From: a virus | Length of the DNA: 64,000 nt | Direction: 5' to 3' (one strand) | IMG/VR virus record: IMGVR_UViG_3300045740_000123 | Coordinates: 21,145 to 85,144 of that record | Shown: positions 19,132-26,736 of the stretch, piece by piece | Layout of the letters: every line of letters starts with the position of its first letter | How positions within the stretch are numbered: position 1 is the first letter of the stretch | Program-made: the position numbers and the translations under genes | Notes under the pieces: generated by a model | Seen by the model: only the letters and a program-made list of their open reading frames with translations | Databases searched by the model: none | Told to the model about the DNA's origin: nothing

Positions 19132-19191
19132 GAAGCAGGCAAGCGACTTAAAATCGCTCAAGTCCCGGTTCGAATCCGGGGTCGGCTACCA
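19114..19191 (+). tRNA. tRNA-Leu(UAA) with encoded CCA
   Basis: acceptor GGCCGAC/GTCGGCT, anticodon arm AGCGA-CTTAAAA-TCGCT, T arm CCCGG-TTCGAAT-CCGGG, ACCA end; short variable loop. Confidence 0.92.
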
Positions 19192-19212
19192 ACCCAAACT
19201 CAATTCAAACCC

Positions 19213-19575
19213 ATGCAATTCTTTGCTGCTTTCAAGTCCCTCATCCCTGAGTTCCATGCCTACTCAGATGAGGACAATCGCTACAATCTTGGTGCCACCT
19301 GGACTGCAGCCGATGGCCTGAAGGACTATCACAACCTGGAGCTACGGTACATCCGTAACTCAGAGCGTCTTGCTCTCCAGGGTGAGCCCTGTCCTGATGG
19401 CAGCTGGCGCTACGTCGAGCCCAATGGTGCTGTCCATACCATCAGTCCTGAACGTGCCAAGCACTTCATGGAGCAAACCCAAGCTCATGCCACACTCATG
19501 GTTGGCATGCTTGATAAGTTACGGGATGCTGGCATCCTGGATCAGATGGTGGACACCACGGCAGAACCTGCCTAA
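19213..19575 (+). CDS. hypothetical protein
   Basis: 120-aa ORF with ACTCAATTCA leader. Confidence 0.75.
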   Translation: MQFFAAFKSLIPEFHAYSDEDNRYNLGATWTAADGLKDYHNLELRYIRNSERLALQGEPCPDGSWRYVEPNGAVHTISPERAKHFMEQTQAHATLMVGMLDKLRDAGILDQMVDTTAEPA

Positions 19576-19623
19576 GATCACTGCGGAATGTTCGGCCCCT
19601 GCATGTGCGGGGGTCTTTTCTTC

Positions 19624-19953
19624 ATGATCACTCCAGCTCAGTCAGAGATAGTTACAGATGTAACTGAACTCATTGCAGATTGCATCCCTGATTCCGAATG
19701 GGATCGGGTGCGTCAAGCAATTGTCGAACGCATTGTTGACAACATGCCATCACAAGTCATGATGCAACTAACTAACAGCGTTGACAACTTTGATTTTGCT
19801 GAGCTGGTACTCAACACTCACTACAAAGAAGCACCAAACCTTGAGTTGATTGTCGATGCATTCAAACTCATTGGTGCTGAACAAACTGCTGACCTGCTTG
19901 ATTCACTAAACATTCAACAAGAGAATGGCATTCCAGAAGCCAATCCTTCCTGA
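19624..19953 (+). CDS. hypothetical protein
   Basis: start at MITPAQSE, downstream of a terminator-like hairpin near 19595-19622. Confidence 0.65.
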   Translation: MITPAQSEIVTDVTELIADCIPDSEWDRVRQAIVERIVDNMPSQVMMQLTNSVDNFDFAELVLNTHYKEAPNLELIVDAFKLIGAEQTADLLDSLNIQQENGIPEANPS

Positions 19954-20329
19954 CTGTCCTCAATGCAATCAACCTGAACTCAAAGTTATTGAATCCAGGA
20001 AGACTGGTCTATCAACAAGACGCCGTAAGAAATGCGGTTGCTGTGGCTACAAGGTTACAACCCATGAAGTTACAGCAGACTTCTTTGAAGAAGCCAAGCG
20101 CAATCTTTATCTTGTTGAGCAGCTCCACAAACTCATGGCAAATCAACCACTCACATCCGGGGTGGTTCCACCCCCATCTGGGGTGAGTCCATCTGAGTTC
20201 AAAGCACTCAACAAATGCAGTGACTGCCAGCACAACAAAGATGGTTGTTACTGCGCTTTTGATTTCCCTGAGTACGACACTGCTGAGTCGTACGATTGCA
20301 ATCACTTTCAACTCTGGAAATCCAAATGA
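19925..20329 (+). CDS. NrdR-like zinc-ribbon protein without ATP cone
   Basis: CPQC...KVIESR...RRRKKCGCCGYKVTTHE matches the NrdR N-terminal pattern; second Cys cluster at the C-terminus. Confidence 0.65.
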   Translation: MAFQKPILPDCPQCNQPELKVIESRKTGLSTRRRKKCGCCGYKVTTHEVTADFFEEAKRNLYLVEQLHKLMANQPLTSGVVPPPSGVSPSEFKALNKCSDCQHNKDGCYCAFDFPEYDTAESYDCNHFQLWKSK

Positions 20330-20673
20330 CACAACAACATCCCATCACCCCATCTCCCGAGCTAATACAGCAGTGGATTGATCAATCTTTACTTGCTATC
20401 AATTATGACCATTGTATTGCTATCCGGGCCGCCCAATGGGGCGCAGACCAAGAGCTGGAGGCTTGCTGTGAATGGATTGCTGATTGGTACGGACATGGAT
20501 GCAATGAGGTAATTGACAATCTCCGCACCTCACGCCGCCCCAAGCAGCCGAGCTTGAAGGAGCAGGCGCTGAAAGAACTGGCATGGGTTGACGAGCATCT
20601 CGACATGCCGCTGCACAACCACTGCAACGCTATTCACGCAATCCGCCGCGCACTGGAGCAGCTCGATGACTAA
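20326..20673 (+). CDS. MTQQHPITP-family repeated small protein
   Basis: paralog of 24558..24908 (AQWGADQELEACCEW, LKEQAL, IRRALEQL). Confidence 0.75.
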   Translation: MTQQHPITPSPELIQQWIDQSLLAINYDHCIAIRAAQWGADQELEACCEWIADWYGHGCNEVIDNLRTSRRPKQPSLKEQALKELAWVDEHLDMPLHNHCNAIHAIRRALEQLDD

Positions 20674-20908
20674 CTTCCAAGCACTTTGCGCTGAACTGGT
20701 GAAACAACTGGAAGGATGGCAGTGCTATGCGAGCCCGGATGGCCCCAACGCTAAGGTGCTGGACCGCGCCCGAGCCGCCCTATCCCAGCCCAAGCCGCCG
20801 AGTTTGAAGGAGCAGGCGCTAGAGGCGTTAGCTCACATTCTCAATAACAGCTCTACTCAACTTGGTGCAGACACCATCCGCCGCGCACTTGAACAACTCC
20901 CTGATTAA
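20666..20908 (+). CDS. small protein sharing the PKPPSLKEQAL...IRRALEQL module
   Basis: ATG at 20666 overlaps the previous stop; shares its C-terminal module. Confidence 0.7.
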   Translation: MTNFQALCAELVKQLEGWQCYASPDGPNAKVLDRARAALSQPKPPSLKEQALEALAHILNNSSTQLGADTIRRALEQLPD

Positions 20909-20912
20909 TTCA

Positions 20913-21215
20913 ATGACAACCAAACGCCAGTACGACTACACCATTGGTGATCGCGTAGCAGAGCGTCCCAAATCCCATGGTATCTTTGCTGTACGCAATG
21001 AAACCAAAGATCGTATTCAGCAGTACAGGTCCCAGCGCTATGGCACTGTTGTTGGTATTAATCTGAAACCAAACAAGTCAGGTGCTAAGCAGAAGTTCTT
21101 GCTGATCAGGTGGGATCATTTGCAGACTCCCACGGAACATGCACAGATGAGGATCTGTCCTGCTGATCAACTCCAGCGTTTACAATCTGAGGGTTATGGA
21201 TTCGAAGTCGAATGA
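20913..21215 (+). CDS. hypothetical protein
   Basis: MTTKRQYDYTIGDRV...; SH3-barrel-like pattern. Confidence 0.65.
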   Translation: MTTKRQYDYTIGDRVAERPKSHGIFAVRNETKDRIQQYRSQRYGTVVGINLKPNKSGAKQKFLLIRWDHLQTPTEHAQMRICPADQLQRLQSEGYGFEVE

Positions 21216-21568
21216 AAGTCGACAAGCCATGGGGTTGGTACAACACACTGACCCCAGAACAAACCTCATTGTTCCGTGGCTACCTCGTTAAAGAACTACA
21301 CATCAACAAAGGCCATCGCCTTAGCCTTCAGCGCCATCAACACCGGTGTGAACACTGGATTGTTGTCAATGGCGAAGGATTGTTTGAGTGTGATGGCCGC
21401 ACACAAATTGTTAATGAAGGTACTCACTTGTACATTCCAAAGCAATCAGTCCATCGCCTCACTGCAACAAACCAAGACATTCGCATTGTCGAAGTTCAAT
21501 GCGGTGAAGTAATCTCTGAAGACGACATCGAACGTTTAGAAGATGATTATGAACGATCACAGAACTAG
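21212..21568 (+). CDS. cupin, mannose-6-phosphate isomerase type II C-terminal-like
   Basis: KPWGWY, LSLQRHQHRCEHWIVV, HRL, IVEVQCG, EDDIERLEDDYER. Confidence 0.88.
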   Translation: MKVDKPWGWYNTLTPEQTSLFRGYLVKELHINKGHRLSLQRHQHRCEHWIVVNGEGLFECDGRTQIVNEGTHLYIPKQSVHRLTATNQDIRIVEVQCGEVISEDDIERLEDDYERSQN

Positions 21569-21758
21569 CATGATTCTTCAGTCTATTGTCTGGGGTTTAA
21601 TCTTTGGAACATTCATTGTACTTTTCATCGCAATGATCTTTGATACGCCAGAAACAACTAGAGAGAAATTCAAAGTTGTTGACAACTACAAAGGTTGCGA
21701 TGTTGTTCAGTACAATGATCCATCACAACGCTATCAGTACTTCTTGCACTGCTCATGA
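21543..21758 (+). CDS. small membrane protein
   Basis: TM helix then FKVVDNYKGCDVVQY. Confidence 0.65.
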   Translation: MIMNDHRTSMILQSIVWGLIFGTFIVLFIAMIFDTPETTREKFKVVDNYKGCDVVQYNDPSQRYQYFLHCS

Positions 21759-22393
21759 ACGTTGACTTAACTTGGGTAACGCCCAATGCTGAAGAACTCA
21801 TCGTTAAGATGGCACGGGTCTCAGCACCTAAGAACCAAGACAACATGGAGACAGCTCCAAAGTTGTTGCGTTACTTGATCAAGCACAAGCACTGGTCGCC
21901 ATTTGAAATGGCAAACATGTGCGTAGAAATCGAGACGACGCGTGCAATCTCACCACAGATTCTTCGTCATCGTTCGTTTAGCTTCCAGGAATTTAGTCAG
22001 CGTTATGCAGACACAAATGAACTGGGCTCAGCTGTTATTCCGCATCTACGTAGACAAGATCAGAAGAACAGGCAAAACAGTATTGATGACTTATCTTCTG
22101 ATCTTGTTGGTACTTATTATCGACGCATCAGTGAACTGTATGAGAACGCAGAACATCTGTATCGCGAGATGGTAAGCAATGGTATTGCCAAGGAATGTGC
22201 CCGTTCCATTCTGCCGCTATCGACACAGACCCGTCTCTTCATGAACGGTACACTTAGGTCTTATATACATTATTTACAAGTGCGAACTGACCCAAGTACT
22301 CAGCTTGAGCATCGACAAATTGCCTTGGAAATCAAAAAGATTTTTTGCCAACAGTTTCCAATTATTGGTGAGGCTGTATTTAGTGATCAATGA
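21755..22393 (+). CDS. thyX: flavin-dependent thymidylate synthase
   Basis: HWSPFE and the RHRSFSFQEFSQRY ThyX motif, AKECARSILP. Confidence 0.95.
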   Translation: MNVDLTWVTPNAEELIVKMARVSAPKNQDNMETAPKLLRYLIKHKHWSPFEMANMCVEIETTRAISPQILRHRSFSFQEFSQRYADTNELGSAVIPHLRRQDQKNRQNSIDDLSSDLVGTYYRRISELYENAEHLYREMVSNGIAKECARSILPLSTQTRLFMNGTLRSYIHYLQVRTDPSTQLEHRQIALEIKKIFCQQFPIIGEAVFSDQ

Positions 22394-22851
22394 TTAAGCA
22401 TTGTCGTTATTGTGAGCAGGATAAACCTTCTGCTCACTTTTCTCCACACCCACATACAACTGATCGTTTAAGTAACAAATGCAAAGACTGTGTCAGTGTT
22501 TACAACAAACTTCGACATTCAAAAAGAACCAGAAAAGAACTGGATTTAATCAATGCAAAACGAAGAGCAAACAGAAACACATGGAAAACCGATAGGAAAA
22601 AACATTTCAAAAGAGCATATGGAATTACTGTTGAAGACTATGAGGTAATGCTGGTTAACCAAAATAGTGTTTGCAAGATTTGCAATAAACCATGCAAGTC
22701 AGGTAAAAGTTTAGCTGTTGATCATTGCCATGAAACCGGAAAGGTCCGAGGTTTACTGTGTGCAAAATGCAACACAAATCTTGGACGTATCGAAGCATAC
22801 CTTCGTGATCCTAAACCATGGGATGATTATCTTAAATCCTACGAACCTTAA
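22390..22851 (+). mobile_element. Endonuclease VII-type homing endonuclease inserted at the thyX 3-prime end
   Basis: YGITVEDY...CKIC...LAVDHCHETGKVRGLLCAKCNTNLG; displaced thyX tail at 23617. Confidence 0.88.
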
Positions 22852-22870
22852 CCATTACCACTAATCACCC

Positions 22871-23086
22871 ATGCCCGTAACAACAATCAAACGCTGTCAA
22901 TATGAATCCGAGTGGTGGTGGACAGTTGAAGACTGCGTTGCCGAGTACGACGTAGAGCCTGGCTCTGGCCTCACCATCAAGTATCACGACGACAATGATC
23001 AAGTGGGTGAGATAAAGCTAAGCCTTAGCAAGGAAGACGCTCTTCTCATTCGTGATGCAATCAATCAGCTTTATCCGCCCTCTTAG
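22871..23086 (+). CDS. small cassette-like hypothetical protein
   Basis: bounded by conserved stop-junction-start motifs. Confidence 0.65.
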   Translation: MPVTTIKRCQYESEWWWTVEDCVAEYDVEPGSGLTIKYHDDNDQVGEIKLSLSKEDALLIRDAINQLYPPS

Positions 23087-23105
23087 CCGCTTCTACTAAT
23101 CACCT

Positions 23106-23342
23106 ATGACACAACAACATCCCATCACCCCGTCTAACCTTTCACCACAAGCCTGGGTTGTATTAGAAGCAGCCTATCAAGCACCTGACGGTAGGAACGC
23201 CACTCGCCAATGCGTTGCCGCCGCCCTGCGAGCTGCTGCGAATGAATTGGGCTATCGCATCATCTACGACGACGGTGACACCGAGTACAGGATTGATGTC
23301 ACTGATCTGCTAGCCATTGCCGCCGAGCTTGAAGCCCAGTAG
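23106..23342 (+). CDS. chimeric MTQQHPITP / LSPxA-family small protein
   Basis: N-terminus identical to 20326 and 24558; body paralogous to 25068..25313. Confidence 0.7.
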   Translation: MTQQHPITPSNLSPQAWVVLEAAYQAPDGRNATRQCVAAALRAAANELGYRIIYDDGDTEYRIDVTDLLAIAAELEAQ

Positions 23343-23356
23343 TCACCTTCACTTCT

Positions 23357-23590
23357 ATGTCTGACAAGAAATCAACCAAGAAAATCGAGCGTTACAAGCT
23401 CGAAGCAGCATTCGTCTCCCTGGCGGACTACGACGTAACCACCAAAGGCGACGACTTCATGGAAGTGTCCATGTGGCACAACGGTGAGGGCTTCGATGTC
23501 ATCGTCAACAGCAATGGCGAACAACGCTTTTGCCTGACATGGGGGCAGTACAAGGCGCTCAAGACGCTCGTAAAAGAGCTGGACGGCTAA
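23357..23590 (+). CDS. small hypothetical protein flanked by direct repeats
   Basis: DFMEVSMWHNGEGFDV; AGCCCAGTAGTCACCTTC on both sides. Confidence 0.75.
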   Translation: MSDKKSTKKIERYKLEAAFVSLADYDVTTKGDDFMEVSMWHNGEGFDVIVNSNGEQRFCLTWGQYKALKTLVKELDG

Positions 23591-23616
23591 GCCCAGTAGT
23601 CACCTTCCCTAAATGA

Positions 23617-23745
23617 ATCCACTACCTTGATCTCCGCTGCTCCAATGGAACTCAACTCGAGCACCAACAAATTGCCAGAGCAATCAGAAAAATCTTCTGT
23701 GAACAATTCCCAATCATTGGAGAAGCTGTGTTCTCAGCAGATTAA
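23617..23745 (+). pseudogene. displaced original 3-prime end of thyX
   Basis: translates to IHYLDLRCSNGTQLEHQQIARAIRKIFCEQFPIIGEAVFSAD*, 29/42 identical to the last 42 aa of ThyX. Confidence 0.9.
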
Positions 23746-23887
23746 TGACTTGATTGAAAAGTACGAGGAGCCCGAGCAAGCCCGTCAGTTTTTAATGAAG
23801 GCTGGCGTCATTGATGAAGACGGTAATCTAATGCCTCCATGCCAAAAGACCCCAGAGAAAACTCAGGGGCCATTGGATGAATGGAGA

Positions 23888-24004
23888 TCAGAAGGTCGCG
23901 GCGCTTTGTTTTTTTAATTCAGTAACAGCATGCTTGGACTCCACATCCTTGCGCGTCTGCTTCTTCCGTTTGTCTACCAGGTAGACGATCAGTGCTTTGT
24001 TCAT
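23888..24004 (-). CDS. small basic protein (38 aa)
   Basis: MNKALIVYLVDKRKK... read by hand; ATGA overlap with the DUF4278 gene. Confidence 0.5.
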   Translation of the reverse strand: MNKALIVYLVDKRKKQTRKDVESKHAVTELKKQSAATF

Positions 24005-24153
24005 TTGATTTGACCTCCGGTGACAAAGGGAAAGTAGCAAACGTTACGGTAGGTCAGACAGAGCCAGGGACGGTGGGCTAAGTTCCACCAGGCTTTGTCT
24101 GCCTTGGCCTGATCCTCTTGGTTGTATTTGCAACCACGATACGTTAACGTCAT
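24001..24153 (-). CDS. DUF4278-family small protein
   Basis: two LTYRGxxY-type repeats (LTYRGCKY, LTYRNVCY), typical of cyanobacteria and cyanophages. Confidence 0.75.
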   Translation of the reverse strand: MTLTYRGCKYNQEDQAKADKAWWNLAHRPWLCLTYRNVCYFPFVTGGQIK

Positions 24154-24234
24154 GGGTTTTGTATCTATTGATACGGAAACTATATGACGATTGATGTATA
24201 TGATGTCGTTCACCTGGTAACACAACTCAAAAGT

Positions 24235-24534
24235 TTAATGAAAGGTTTTGGTTCAACTCAACAACCAACAAAGTCAGCAGCGTATTGGATAGCTGCTTAT
24301 GCCAAAGACAACGAAGATGAACCACTTGGTGTGGTTAAGAAAGTCTTGACCTATAAACCAGGACAGGACAAAGAACTCTTGATGATTCGTTACTGCAATT
24401 CAGTAATGAAAATCAACCGAAACATATGGGAGATGTTGGTCCACCAAGGACCAACTGAGATTCCAGACTCTGGTGACCAAATTGTTTTACGATTATCCAG
24501 GGAAAAGTTCAAGGGTTCTGCTCAAGTAAACTGA
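24235..24534 (+). CDS. hypothetical protein
   Basis: track ORF 24184..24534; likely start near MKGFG (approximate). Confidence 0.6.
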   Translation, partial: LMKGFGSTQQPTKSAAYWIAAYAKDNEDEPLGVVKKVLTYKPGQDKELLMIRYCNSVMKINRNIWEMLVHQGPTEIPDSGDQIVLRLSREKFKGSAQVN

Positions 24535-24557
24535 CTAGCCATTACCACTAATCACCC

Positions 24558-24908
24558 ATGACACAACAACATCCCATCACCCCACCGCAGGAGCTGATTG
24601 AACAATGGGTGGACGAGTACATACATACCAAGCCAGACTGCACTGCTCCGCAGCTTGTTGCCGCCCGCTCCGCCCAATGGGGCGCAGACCAAGAGCTGGA
24701 GGCGTGCTGTGAGTGGCTGGAGCAGCAGACTCTGTGTGGCCACCAAGACTTGCTTCCTTCATTCCGCGCCGCCCGCCGCCCCAAGCCGCCGAACTTGAAG
24801 GAACAGGCGCTTGAAATCGTGAGGAAAACTCCAGTCAACAGCGCCGCACTTTATTCCTATGAGCACGTAGAAATCATCCGCCGTGCACTGGAGCAACTCA
24901 ATGACTGA
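24558..24908 (+). CDS. MTQQHPITP-family repeated small protein
   Basis: paralog of 20326..20673. Confidence 0.75.
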   Translation: MTQQHPITPPQELIEQWVDEYIHTKPDCTAPQLVAARSAQWGADQELEACCEWLEQQTLCGHQDLLPSFRAARRPKPPNLKEQALEIVRKTPVNSAALYSYEHVEIIRRALEQLND

Positions 24909-25053
24909 ACTACAGCACACTGACGAGGATCTTGATGAGTTTGCCACCTTCTGGTGGCGACCGGAAACAGATGACCTCACCGTTGCCACAGCAATCGAAA
25001 ACGGCCAAATGACGGCGTTTGTTAGGGCTGTAGCTACATGGCTTACCGAATAG
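24901..25053 (+). CDS. small hypothetical protein (50 aa)
   Basis: MTELQHTDEDLDEFATFWW...; overlaps the previous stop and ends in the junction motif. Confidence 0.55.
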   Translation: MTELQHTDEDLDEFATFWWRPETDDLTVATAIENGQMTAFVRAVATWLTE

Positions 25054-25067
25054 TCGCTTCCACTTCT

Positions 25068-25313
25068 ATGTCTGATCTTTCACCCGCTGCAGAAGCAGTT
25101 CTAAATGCCTACATGGATAACTGTGGCTGGCTAGATGGCCCTCTGCAAAGGGATTATCAATGCGTTGCCACCACCCTGCGAGCTGCTGCGGATCAGGTGG
25201 TGCCGGAGGAGCCGCTTTACGGGGGTGATCAGCGCTGGATGTTTGAGCGCGATGCCCGCCAGGATTGTCGTAAGAAACTCCTCGCAATCGCTGATGAGCT
25301 TGAAACCCAGTAG
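25068..25313 (+). CDS. LSPAAxAVL-family small protein
   Basis: paralog of the body of 23106..23342 (CVAxxLRAAA, LLAIAxELExQ). Confidence 0.7.
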   Translation: MSDLSPAAEAVLNAYMDNCGWLDGPLQRDYQCVATTLRAAADQVVPEEPLYGGDQRWMFERDARQDCRKKLLAIADELETQ

Positions 25314-25359
25314 TCACCTTTATTAAAAGCTAAGCCGTGTGTGGAACCACGGCTCTATG

Positions 25360-25566
25360 CTCTCCAGCTCAGACCAAGCTTCACGAGGCAAGGCCCTGAC
25401 CGTTGCTGGTTACGGGTAACGCCCATGAAGTACAAAGGGCTTCCAAATCCTACATAAATGTTTTATATTTGCACTGGTTCTGCAGACCACTCGTGGCCAC
25501 GAGTTAACCAGGAGGTGCAGAGTGGAAGCTGCACCTTTGACAAAAACGATGAAGCAAGCTGGGGAG
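25360..25566 (+). ncRNA. candidate large structured ncRNA
   Basis: nested long-range stems CTCTCCAGCT/AGCTGGGGAG and GCTTCA/TGAAGC, inner hairpins and a possible pseudoknot; no convincing ORF. Confidence 0.6.
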
Positions 25567-25682
25567 TAAGGGCCGACCCTTACTTAAAATCCGTGAACGG
25601 GATCCCTAGCCCTTCATCACTGGACCTGAGCAAGTCCATAAACTACTCATAAGCTCAGCTTATCAATCAACTCAACTCAACC

Positions 25683-26453
25683 ATGAAACTTCTCAAGTTC
25701 TCCAAAGGCAATGGGAAGCTCAGCAACCGTCTGATCTTTAGCTTGCCTGCTGGCTACTCATGCCCACACGCTGGTGTGTGCAAGACCTTTGCTGATCGCA
25801 CCACTGGTGCCATCACTGACCTGCCTCAGTACACAGGTGTGACAGCTGAACGGGACTTCCGTTGCTTTGCTGCCATGGCAGAGGTACGGCCTAACGTACG
25901 GGAAGCACGTTGGCACAATTGGGATCTGCTGCGTGAAACCATTCACATGAATGGGAATCAAGCCATGTTGATCCGTGATCTGATCGACCTCTCACTCTTG
26001 ATGCAGCCGCCGAAAGATCTGATCCGCATCCATGAGTCTGGTGACTTCTGGACTGAGAACTACATGAAGGCTTGGATGATGGTTGCTCAAGGCAGACCCG
26101 AGCAGAGGTTCTATGCCTACACCAAATCCCTTGGGATGTGGTACAACCTGCGTGACATGATCCCATCCAACTTCTATCTCACTGCATCGCACGGTGGTAC
26201 GCTCGACTACTTGATGGACAAGTATCCTGAGGTATTCACCAGGGTTGCTCACGTTGTGTACACAGAAGAACAAGCCGCAGAGCTTGGTCTTGAGATTGAC
26301 CATGACGACAGCCACTGCCTTGGCGACAAGCCCTTCGCACTGCTGGTCCATGGCTCCCAGAGGGCTGGCTCTGAGGCAAGCAAGGCCCTTGCTCAACGTA
26401 AGAAGGATGGTGGATTTGTGGGATACAACAAAGCAAAACAGAAGACAACTTGA
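25683..26453 (+). CDS. Gp88-like phage protein
   Basis: GNGKL, FSLPAGYSCP, CFA, RIHESGDF and FYAYTK motifs. Confidence 0.8.
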   Translation: MKLLKFSKGNGKLSNRLIFSLPAGYSCPHAGVCKTFADRTTGAITDLPQYTGVTAERDFRCFAAMAEVRPNVREARWHNWDLLRETIHMNGNQAMLIRDLIDLSLLMQPPKDLIRIHESGDFWTENYMKAWMMVAQGRPEQRFYAYTKSLGMWYNLRDMIPSNFYLTASHGGTLDYLMDKYPEVFTRVAHVVYTEEQAAELGLEIDHDDSHCLGDKPFALLVHGSQRAGSEASKALAQRKKDGGFVGYNKAKQKTT

Positions 26454-26508
26454 AGAACCTTGACGGGAATGAAAGATCGGATAGCATCTGTCCGTCTTTC
26501 ATTCTTTT

Positions 26509-26736
26509 ATGTCTTACATCATTGCCACTTGGAAAAATGGCAGGCCATTTGCCATTACTGCGGCAACCACTCAATTCGAATTAATTCCGTTAGATTCAGA
26601 TGTAGCACTTAACAAGATCTTCTCTCATCCCTACAGGGCTGGAGCACAACAGATCTTGTCTTGGATTAATAAAAATGACACGGACCTTGCCACTGAACAA
26701 CTCGAAGTTCGAGATGAAGCCCAGTTCCGTAAATGA
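26509..26736 (+). CDS. hypothetical protein
   Basis: 75-aa ORF overlapping the polA start. Confidence 0.65.
   Translation: MSYIIATWKNGRPFAITAATTQFELIPLDSDVALNKIFSHPYRAGAQQILSWINKNDTDLATEQLEVRDEAQFRK

Noticed and set aside
22849-25321. True integron
   Set aside because: No integrase and no attC-like imperfect palindromes; kept only as a cassette-like junction motif
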